NCBI GenBank assembly: GCA_044868695.1
Contig: JBIOWP010000045.1
Coordinates: 1 to 17,034 of the forward strand
DNA length: 17,034 nt
Origin: a bacterium
GTDB taxonomy: Bacteria; Sysuimicrobiota; Sysuimicrobiia; Sysuimicrobiales; Kaftiobacteriaceae
Reading direction: 5' to 3'
Part shown: piece after piece, positions 1 through 6,564 of the stretch
Layout of the letters: each line of letters starts with the position of its first letter
Numbering within the stretch: position 1 is the first letter of the stretch
Position numbers and translations under genes: made by a program
The notes under the pieces: generated by a model
What the model saw: only the letters and a program-made list of their open reading frames with translations
Database searches by the model: none
What the model was told of the DNA's origin: nothing

Positions 1-2
1 CC

Positions 3-485
3 GCGGTCGCGGTCGTCGGTGCGGTGACCATCCTGGGCGCCTGGTTCTTCCAGTACGGATTGGGGCTCAAGCCGTGCCCGCTCTGCCTCGAGCAGCGCTA
101 CCCCTACTACTTTGCGATCCCGCTCGCGGTGCTCGCGATCCTCGGCGACCACTTCGGCGCCTCGCGCAAGGTGCTCACCGCCGCGCTCGTCGCGCTCGCG
201 CTCGGCATGCTGTGGAACGCCACGCTCGGGGTCTATCATTCCGGCGTCGAATGGCGGTGGTGGCCGGGGCCGCAGGAATGCTCGGGCGCGCTCGACGATC
301 TCGGCTCCGCCGGCGGCCTGCGCGAGCGGCTGCAGTCGATCACGGTGGTGCGCTGCGACGAGGCGGCCTGGCGCTTCCTCGGGCTCTCGCTCGCCGGCTA
401 CAACGCCCTGATCTCGCTCGCGCTCGCCGCCGTGGCCGCCTGGGGCGCGGCGATGGAATGGCGCAGCCGGGCCAAGTGGGCGTAG
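3..485 (+). CDS. dsbB: Disulfide bond formation protein B (DsbB family, alphaproteobacterial type), 5'-truncated by the window edge
   Basis: The frame is open from base 3. It contains PCPLCxxQR, YHSGVEWRWWPGPxxC and VVRCDEAAWRFLGLSLAGYN plus TM helices, and stops at TAG 483-485. Confidence 0.88.
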   Translation, partial: AVAVVGAVTILGAWFFQYGLGLKPCPLCLEQRYPYYFAIPLAVLAILGDHFGASRKVLTAALVALALGMLWNATLGVYHSGVEWRWWPGPQECSGALDDLGSAGGLRERLQSITVVRCDEAAWRFLGLSLAGYNALISLALAAVAAWGAAMEWRSRAKWA

Positions 486-982
486 CCGGGCGGGACACGC
501 TTCAGCGCGTCCCCCTCGATCGCGATCCCCGTGGCCCGGACGGCCTTCCACTCCTTCGCCGGGGCCGCGATCCGGTCGCGGACCTTCCGCAGCGTTCTCG
601 AGTCAGGATGCCACAGCCCCCCGCCTCCAAGACTGTTCGCCGGCTCCAGGTGAACGTAGAATCCCGGCGCGCTCTCGTCCTTCCCCGCCGCCGCGTGGGG
701 GAAATGAGCCCCGATGTTGGTCTTGTACGGACTCTTATCCTTCGAAAAGCGGATATCCCGATAGATGCGAAACATCGACCCCCCGACCGGGCGCGGATCG
801 ACCGTGATGTTTGGGCTGATCGCGCGGAGAGGCCGGCCCAGATCTGAAATGAACCGCAGCATCGGCTCCCTGACGTCGCCTTCATACCGTTCCCGGTTCG
901 CTTCGAACCACCCACGATCGTTATGAAGGCGTAATTCGCGGAGGAACTGAAACAGTCTGGGGCTGAAGTAGGCGGGCGCCAT
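398..982 (-). CDS. DUF2461 / TIGR02453 family protein, C-terminus apparently truncated (family-like sequence ends near base 482)
   Basis: Motifs FQFLRELRLHNDRGWFEANRERYE, FRIYRDIRFSKDKSPYKT, PGFYVHLEP, GGGLWHPD and LKRVPPGY are present. The remaining 27 codons are the antisense of dsbB. Confidence 0.85.
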   Translation of the reverse strand: MAPAYFSPRLFQFLRELRLHNDRGWFEANRERYEGDVREPMLRFISDLGRPLRAISPNITVDPRPVGGSMFRIYRDIRFSKDKSPYKTNIGAHFPHAAAGKDESAPGFYVHLEPANSLGGGGLWHPDSRTLRKVRDRIAAPAKEWKAVRATGIAIEGDALKRVPPGYAHLARLRHSIAAPQAATAASASEIRAL

Positions 983-998
983 GAGCGATCACCGTGCC

Positions 999-1664
999 CT
1001 AGTCGAGATGTTCCTCAAGGTAGTCGGCCAGGGCGCGGGCGATCGCTTCCTTTCCGGCAGCGGACCGTGACACGCTCCCGTCCGGAGCGACGAAGTAGCC
1101 GGTGTGCTGTCCGGCCTCGATCTCCTGAAGGTCGTTGGCGATGACCAGGTCGCAACGGTTGCGCTTGAGAAAGTCGAAGGCGATCCGCCGGAGATCCTCG
1201 GGACTCTTCCCAATCTCCAGCTTGAACCCCACCAGGAAGGTGTCGGGAGCCAGCTCTTTGACCAGCTTGACCGCTTTCGGCGTCGGCACCAGCCGGATGA
1301 TCCACTCCTCGACGTTGGATCCGGTTTTGTACGGGCGCACGGCATCGGGCTGGAAGTCCAGCACGGCCATCGGGTGGATCAGCGCGTCGTAGTGCTTGGG
1401 CAGCTCTTGCTTGAACACCGCTATCAGGTCGTCGACCGTCTCGATCGGGATCAACTGGAGGTGGTCCAACCGCGGGCCGCGCAGCACCGGGGTCTGGCTG
1501 CCGCGGCCGTAGACGAAGGTGACCTGGGCGCCGCGGCGGATGACCTCCTCGGCGATCAGGGATCCCAGACGCCCCGTGGCCTTGTTAGTGATGTAGCGGA
1601 CGGCGTCCAGCGGGGTGCGGGTGGGACCTGAGGTAATCAGGAGCCGTTTGCCGCGGAGAGGCAT
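999..1664 (-). CDS. coaB: Phosphopantothenate--cysteine ligase (stand-alone CoaB / DFP C-terminal domain)
   Basis: Motifs LLITSGPTRTPLDAVRYITNKATGRLG, AVLDF, LVGFKLE and VIANDL; 221 aa with no flavoprotein CoaC domain. Confidence 0.85.
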   Translation of the reverse strand: MPLRGKRLLITSGPTRTPLDAVRYITNKATGRLGSLIAEEVIRRGAQVTFVYGRGSQTPVLRGPRLDHLQLIPIETVDDLIAVFKQELPKHYDALIHPMAVLDFQPDAVRPYKTGSNVEEWIIRLVPTPKAVKLVKELAPDTFLVGFKLEIGKSPEDLRRIAFDFLKRNRCDLVIANDLQEIEAGQHTGYFVAPDGSVSRSAAGKEAIARALADYLEEHLD

Positions 1665-1668
1665 CGCA

Positions 1669-2994
1669 CTACGTCCCCGGTACTGGGAATTTCAGACAGA
1701 ACTCCCGCACGTCTCCACGCAGCGCCTCGAGCCGCCGGTCATCCTGGATGGTGTGGCGGAAACTGCGCAGCACCACACCGCGATCTTCCTTCCCATCAGG
1801 AAGGTGGAACTCCTTAATAATCTCGCTCACCGCGCCGATCCATTCGGCGATCCGCGCCATCTCCGGCTCGCGCATCCCGCGGGTCGCGGCGGCGGGGGTG
1901 CCCAGCCGGATCCCGGACGGATAAAACGCGGACGACGGCTCTCCGGGGATCGTGTTCTTGTTCACGGTGATCCCCACGCGGTCGAGCGCCTCCTGGAGGA
2001 ACACCCCGCGGCCCGGACCCCCGGAGGTCAGGTCTAACAGAATCATGTGGTTGTCGGTGCCTCCGGTCACCAAGGTGAACCCCTGATGCAGCAGCGCCTC
2101 TGCCAGCGCCTTGGCGTTCGCGACGACCTGGCGGCCGTACTCCTTGAACGCCGGCTGCATCGCCTCGCCCAGTGCGACGGCGATCGCTGCGGTCGTGTGA
2201 TCGTGCGGACCGCCCTGCAGTCCAGGAAAGATCGCGCGGTCGATGCGGTCGGCGAGCTCCGGATCCTTCGCGGCACCTTTCTCTGTAACCAGGATCATCG
2301 CGCCTCTCGGGCCGCGCAGCGTCTTGTGCGTGGTCGTCGTCACCACGTGTGCGTAAGGAACCGGACTCTTGTGGACACCGGCGATGACCAGCCCAGAGAC
2401 ATGCGCGATGTCGGCCGCAAAGAATGCGCCGGTCTCGTCGGCCACCTCCGCGAACTTTTCAAATGGAAGCTCGCGGACGTAGGCCGTCGCGCCGCACCAG
2501 ATGAGCTTCGGATGGAGCTCGCGGGCCACCCGCCAGACCTCATCGATGTCGATGTACCCGTCGGCCTTCACGTGGTAGGGGAGGCTGCGGTAATAGGTCC
2601 CGGTAACGCTGACCTTCCATCCGTGGGTGAGGTGGCCGCCGTCGGGAAGGTTCTGCCCCATGATGGGGTCGCCCGCCTCGCAGGTCGCCAGGTACACCGC
2701 AAGGTTCGCCGGGCTCCCGGAGTACGGCTGGACGTTGGCGTGGGGGACGCCGAAGAGCTGCTTGGCCCGCTCCTGCGCGAGGCGCTCGATCTCGTCGACG
2801 TGCTCGTTGCCGCCGTAATACCGGCGGCCCGGATACCCCTCGGAGTACTTGTTGGTGAAGATGGTGCCCATCGCCTCGAGCACCGCTTCAGAGACGTAGT
2901 TCTCCGAAGGAATCAGCTCGACGCCTTCGCGCTGGCGGCGGCGCTCGGCGGCAAGGACGCGGGAGACGTCCGGATCCAGTTCCTGGAGTCGCAT
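1669..2994 (-). CDS. glyA: Serine hydroxymethyltransferase
   Basis: Motifs ELIPSENY, NKYSEGYPGRRYYGG, GGHLTHG, TTTTHKTLRGPRG (PLP Lys), FPGLQGGP and SGIRLGTPA. The start overlaps the upstream stop (ATG 2994 or GTG 2997). Confidence 0.98.
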   Translation of the reverse strand: MRLQELDPDVSRVLAAERRRQREGVELIPSENYVSEAVLEAMGTIFTNKYSEGYPGRRYYGGNEHVDEIERLAQERAKQLFGVPHANVQPYSGSPANLAVYLATCEAGDPIMGQNLPDGGHLTHGWKVSVTGTYYRSLPYHVKADGYIDIDEVWRVARELHPKLIWCGATAYVRELPFEKFAEVADETGAFFAADIAHVSGLVIAGVHKSPVPYAHVVTTTTHKTLRGPRGAMILVTEKGAAKDPELADRIDRAIFPGLQGGPHDHTTAAIAVALGEAMQPAFKEYGRQVVANAKALAEALLHQGFTLVTGGTDNHMILLDLTSGGPGRGVFLQEALDRVGITVNKNTIPGEPSSAFYPSGIRLGTPAAATRGMREPEMARIAEWIGAVSEIIKEFHLPDGKEDRGVVLRSFRHTIQDDRRLEALRGDVREFCLKFPVPGT

Positions 2995-3470
2995 CACGCG
3001 GGGGAGAGAGTGCGGGCGCCGGCCGAAACCACGGGATCACCGACACGGATGATACCGGCGCCGTCGACGGCGACGATCTTGGCCAGCTGTCCGCGCCGGC
3101 CCTGTAGATCCTGCTGAAAGGCCGCGGCGTCGGGGACACCGAGCAGGGTGCCGATGTGCGTGCAGGGTTCGCAGGGGCCGCTGAGCTCGCAGGTGACCTG
3201 GCCGATCCGCAGCCGCGTCCCCTCCGGCAGAGTCTCCAGCGCGGGGAATTCTACGGTGATCTGCTCGCGCAGGTCGCCCGGGCGCAGCCCCAGCGTGTCC
3301 AACGTCGCCCGGTCGACGATGAGGACCTGCCGCCGGCTGCCCGCTTTCTTCTTTCCATGCACGTCTCCCACCAGGCCGTGGTCGACCACCGCCATCGCCT
3401 GCATCACCGCCTCAGGCCGCTCGCGGTGCTCGGCGAGGATCTGAAGGCTGATGACTGTGCCTGTTGTCAT
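2994..3470 (-). CDS. MOSC domain-containing protein (YiiM-like)
   Basis: Motifs GLVGD, RQVLI, LRPGDLREQITV, GTRLRIG, PCEPC and G-I-RVGDPV. Confidence 0.85.
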   Translation of the reverse strand: MTTGTVISLQILAEHRERPEAVMQAMAVVDHGLVGDVHGKKKAGSRRQVLIVDRATLDTLGLRPGDLREQITVEFPALETLPEGTRLRIGQVTCELSGPCEPCTHIGTLLGVPDAAAFQQDLQGRRGQLAKIVAVDGAGIIRVGDPVVSAGARTLSPA

Positions 3471-3515
3471 CGTGGTCTGCGAAGATTGCTTCGCCCCTTC
3501 GGGGCTCGCAATGAC
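3466..3515. repeat. Short palindromic element of the GTCATTGCGAG...GAAGCAATC type (REP/RPE-like half element)
   Basis: GATTGCTTCG-CCCCTTCGGGG-CTCGCAATGAC at 3484-3515, with a degenerate inverted end GTCATCGTG at 3466-3474. Confidence 0.65.
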
Positions 3516-3520
3516 GGCGG

Positions 3521-4045
3521 TCAGCGATCCACGGGGCGATCGAGTTCCGGCGCGAGCATGTCCAGCCCGCCGCTGCCATTCACTTCCTCGACCGATCGGT
3601 CACTCCTCTCCCACCGCTCGCGCGGCTCGATGGTTGCCCCACTACCAACCGGAATGACCCCCCCGTACTTCATGGCCAGGACCTTGCTCACGTCTCGCCC
3701 GAAGTACCACCAGAGTACCGGTGCCATGACGATCCATCCCGCCGGGCCGGCCTCCCCGAACGTCCTCACGAGATCGAGAATACGGGCCGGAGCGAACACC
3801 ATGCCCCCAACGATCAGCGCAGAAAGCACCGGCCGGAAGAGGGCAATCACGCTGTTGGCCCAGATGTAGACGCGCTCGGCGTTCGGCGTGGTGGCCCGCA
3901 CGAAATCGACCCAGACATCGGCTCTCGTCTTCTCCAGATCCGACAGCTGCCTGCGCACCTCGATCTCCTCTTTGGGGTCCGCCAGCAGGCCGATACCACG
4001 CAGCAGGCTCACAATCGCTTCGACCAACGCGCCGGAGACCTTCAC
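3521..4045 (-). CDS. Putative holin, resembling the 3TM (GTA holin-like) family
   Basis: GTG 4045 overlaps the hydrolase stop (GTGA) and follows SD GGAGGGGG. The protein has an N-terminal amphipathic segment, an acidic helix, 'FRPVL' before a TM helix, 'WWYFGRDVSK' after the last TM, and a charged tail. Confidence 0.65.
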   Translation of the reverse strand: MKVSGALVEAIVSLLRGIGLLADPKEEIEVRRQLSDLEKTRADVWVDFVRATTPNAERVYIWANSVIALFRPVLSALIVGGMVFAPARILDLVRTFGEAGPAGWIVMAPVLWWYFGRDVSKVLAMKYGGVIPVGSGATIEPRERWERSDRSVEEVNGSGGLDMLAPELDRPVDR

Positions 4046-4743
4046 GAGATCACCCCCTCCACACAAACCGTTTTCCGATCCGGATCGTAGCGCACCGTCA
4101 TGCCGGCCAGCCCGGCAAGACGCCTCAGGCGTATGAACACGCGTCCGTCATCCAGCCGCACGTCGTCTCCGGTGATGACGGTCCCATTCCAGTGCACCGT
4201 GACCGGCGCCGGCAGCAGATCCGGCAGGTAGCGCTCCATGAACGCCACCAGCACGTGGGCGTAGGTCGGGGAGGTGGCATAGCCGGCGCGGGCGATGTCG
4301 GCGGCGAACCTGCGGGGATCGCGGAATCTCTCGTAGGCCCCAAGCGCCGGGCGAAACCGCGGGTTCCGGTGGAAGAACTCGAGGTAATCGGACACGTTCG
4401 TCTCGATACTCTCGTAGGCGCGAAACAGCGCCTCCGCTGCGCAGCCGGCGGCGACCGCCTGCTCGTACCCCTCATACGTCTGATTCGTCCCGGGAATGGT
4501 GAGATATCCGCGACCGGGAGCCCACTCGCGTGTCGTGCCGCTGTAGACCCTGCCGCTCCAACCGGGCCGCGCCTTCACGCCGAAGAGTGCGTTCCCGTGA
4601 CGGGCCAGGCCGCTGCGTCCCCAACCAGATTCAATCGCCGCCTGAGCAACCATGACGGCGCCGGAGACCCCCGCGGCTTCAGCAAGTGGAATGAACGCGC
4701 GGACGCGCGCCAAAAAGGCACGCTGCTCGTCGGACAGCGCCAC
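4042..4743 (-). CDS. GH73 (FlgJ/glucosaminidase) peptidoglycan hydrolase with a C-terminal copper-amine-oxidase-N/stalk-like domain and no signal peptide
   Basis: Motifs AQAAIESGWG (catalytic Glu), NALFGVKA, TTRE, FRAYES and AGYATSPTY; the C-terminus reads DGRVFIRLRRLAGLAGMTVRYDPDRKTV. The likely start is GTG 4743 after SD GGGGAGGG (alternatives ATG 4770, GTG 4818). Confidence 0.88.
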   Translation of the reverse strand: MALSDEQRAFLARVRAFIPLAEAAGVSGAVMVAQAAIESGWGRSGLARHGNALFGVKARPGWSGRVYSGTTREWAPGRGYLTIPGTNQTYEGYEQAVAAGCAAEALFRAYESIETNVSDYLEFFHRNPRFRPALGAYERFRDPRRFAADIARAGYATSPTYAHVLVAFMERYLPDLLPAPVTVHWNGTVITGDDVRLDDGRVFIRLRRLAGLAGMTVRYDPDRKTVCVEGVIS

Positions 4744-4837
4744 CGGAGCCCTCCCCTTTCCGCCAGGCATACCGGGAAACCGGCGGGCGGAAAAGTCCCC
4801 AATTGGGGGTGGCCTCACTGAGTTAACTACAAAGTGC

Positions 4838-4910
4838 GGGATTAGGGATTCGGGAGTAGGGAGTCGTAACAGGCAATCCTAATCCCGAATCCCTGCTCCC
4901 TACTCCCGAA
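4838..4910. repeat. Inverted heptamer tandem repeat (STRR-like): (GGGA[T/G]T[A/C])x4 facing 4 complementary units
   Basis: GGGATTA GGGATTC GGGAGTA GGGAGTC ... TAATCCC GAATCCC TGCTCCC TACTCCC, directly after the PP-loop gene stop. Confidence 0.85.
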
Positions 4911-4911
4911 G

Positions 4912-5874
4912 TTAAGGGTTGGGGCGAAAATCGACCACGTGGAAGGTGCGCAGGCGGTTGTTGGTGCTGGGCAGCCACTCGACGTCGATGGGAACGGCGA
5001 AGTCCGGCTGCATGCGGCCGTGCTGGAGCCAGTGCCGGGCATGCGCGTCGCCCGCGACGGCCGGGCCGGCCTTCGCGACGAGCGTGAGCGGCCGGTCGAC
5101 CACGTGCACCTCGTCAATCACGGGCAGGGCCAGGAGCGCCTCGGTGATGCGGGCAGCAAGCTCTGCGGGCGGCGATGGACGCAGGTTCACCAAGGCGACG
5201 TTGCGGGACAGCGGGCCGATGATCTTCACGTTGGCCAGCTCGGCGGGAAAGTGCGCCTCCTTCACGGCGGTCAGCAGGAATTCATTGGCCTCGGCCACGG
5301 CGCGGCCGTGGTAGTCGGGATTGATCAATGGCTTGAGGAGGTGCTTGAGCTTACAGCCTTCCCGGCCGGGATTCTCCCCGATCCGGGGAATAACGAGCCC
5401 AAGCGCATCGGCGATCGTGCGGATCTGCGGTTTGTCGAGGTCCAGCAGCGGTGTGTAGTAACCGTTGCAGATTTTGAGACCCAGCTTCCCCCAGGTGTCG
5501 GAACGATTGGCGCCAGTCAGGACCAAGCGGCCGCGCGCAACCGCTTTGACCATCCCGAGTTTGATCTCACGCGTGCAGCGATTGCAGGCCGGCCCCCCGG
5601 CCTGCACGCGATGCTGGACGTACTGCCCGAGCAGACACTTCTGCTGCAGCCCGAGCTGCTCGGCCATTTCCAGTACGATCTCGTTGCCGCGGCGGTAGTT
5701 GTAGACACCCATGTTCACAGTCACCAGCAGGACGCGCTCTGACCCCAGGGCCTGTTTAGCCAGCGCCGCTACGGTCGTGCTGTCCATTCCGCCGCTGAAC
5801 GCCACGACGACCGGCCGGCCCTCGGTCACGGCGCGGATCTCGTCGACAATTGTGGGGATGAGCGTGACGGTCAT
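4912..5874 (-). CDS. PP-loop (adenine nucleotide alpha-hydrolase) ATPase, LarE/ExsB-like
   Basis: VVVAFSGGMDST PP-loop, CNRC, TGANRSD, TPLLDLDKPQIR and REGCKLKH. ATG 5874 is preferred over GTG 5895. Confidence 0.8.
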   Translation of the reverse strand: MTVTLIPTIVDEIRAVTEGRPVVVAFSGGMDSTTVAALAKQALGSERVLLVTVNMGVYNYRRGNEIVLEMAEQLGLQQKCLLGQYVQHRVQAGGPACNRCTREIKLGMVKAVARGRLVLTGANRSDTWGKLGLKICNGYYTPLLDLDKPQIRTIADALGLVIPRIGENPGREGCKLKHLLKPLINPDYHGRAVAEANEFLLTAVKEAHFPAELANVKIIGPLSRNVALVNLRPSPPAELAARITEALLALPVIDEVHVVDRPLTLVAKAGPAVAGDAHARHWLQHGRMQPDFAVPIDVEWLPSTNNRLRTFHVVDFRPNP

Positions 5875-5880
5875 AGTCTC

Positions 5881-5911
5881 AGTATAGGACGGCACAGGAT
5901 GCCGCGGTCAA
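5881..5911 (-). promoter_or_regulatory. Putative sigma70 promoter (TTGACC-19-TATACT) giving a leaderless transcript
   Basis: TATACT at 5886-5881 lies 6 nt before ATG 5874 and there is no SD. TTGACC is at 5911-5906. Confidence 0.55.
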
Positions 5912-6489
5912 TCAAGCCAGACCGTCTTCTCAGACGCCGAAGTGCGGCGTTTCTGCGGCACCACCGCCGGATAGCCTGCATAGAGGAAGCCGATGACGCG
6001 GGTGTCCGTGGGCAGATGCAGCATCTCGCGCAGTGCGGGGGACTCCCGCAACGTCCCGGTGCGGAAATACGTCCCGATCCCCATGCTCCATGCGCCGAGC
6101 ATGAACGCGTACGAGGCTCCGAACGCCGCCCAGTAGTTCTCCTCGCGCAGTTCAGGGTCATCGTGTCCCTGAGCCGTCACCACGATGATCACCGGGGTCG
6201 CCACGGTGTCGGCAACCACTTTCTGCAAGGCGGGTTGGACCTCGGGAGCCGTCGGGTTGGGGAGCGCGGCCGCCCGTGAGTCACGGCGCATCTCGGCGAA
6301 GCGGCGCTTGGTCTGCTCGCCCAGCACATGGAACTGCCAGGGCTCTGTTAGACGGTGGTTGGGCACCCACACCGCGGCGTCGAGCAGCCGCGCGATCACG
6401 TCGCGGGGAACGGGGTCGGGCTTGAACTGCGGCACACTGCGCCGGGTGGTGATCGCGTCCAGCACGGTCATGTGGGTGGTCTCCTGCAT
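5908..6489 (-). CDS. Nitroreductase family protein (YdjA-like)
   Basis: Motifs VLDAITTRRSV, AAVWVPNHRLTEPWQF, GIGTYFRTG and VIGFLYAGYP. ATG 6489 follows SD AGGGAG; the longer ORF to 6708 is not credible. Confidence 0.9.
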   Translation of the reverse strand: MQETTHMTVLDAITTRRSVPQFKPDPVPRDVIARLLDAAVWVPNHRLTEPWQFHVLGEQTKRRFAEMRRDSRAAALPNPTAPEVQPALQKVVADTVATPVIIVVTAQGHDDPELREENYWAAFGASYAFMLGAWSMGIGTYFRTGTLRESPALREMLHLPTDTRVIGFLYAGYPAVVPQKRRTSASEKTVWLD

Positions 6490-6513
6490 CGCGACCTCGC
6501 TCCCTTTTCGACC

Positions 6514-6522
6514 ATTGTAACA
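6514..6522 (-). promoter_or_regulatory. Putative extended -10 promoter (TGtTACAAT) for the nitroreductase gene
   Basis: TG-T-TACAAT lies ~25 nt upstream of ATG 6489, in the divergent intergenic region. Confidence 0.45.
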
Positions 6523-6564
6523 ACTCGGACGTCTCGCAGTGTGGAACTGAGGGCAGGTCACCAG

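Noticed and set aside
2047..3117. Long antisense or alternate-frame ORFs (e.g. 2047-3117+, 8176-9294-, 8718-9848+, 9912-11009+, 13869-15143-)
   Set aside because: These are shadow ORFs of well-supported genes in high-GC DNA, Arg/Pro/Gly-rich and without motifs.
4765..4796. GGCATA-CCGG-GAAA-CCGG-CGGGCGGAAAAG resembles the first hairpin of a c-di-GMP-I (GEMM) riboswitch
   Set aside because: It is antisense to the adjacent genes, deviates at conserved positions (GGCAAA, GACGCAAAG), and has no convincing second hairpin. A c-di-AMP (ydaO) consensus was also not found on the sense strand.
3521..4818. Intact prophage
   Set aside because: There are no integrase, structural, packaging or replication genes, and the flanks are housekeeping genes.
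4912..5874. Calling the PP-loop gene queC because queF/queT are in the window
   Set aside because: It lacks the QueC signatures (SGGxDS followed by YGQR, VPxRN, and a C-terminal CxxCxxC) and lies 10 kb away.
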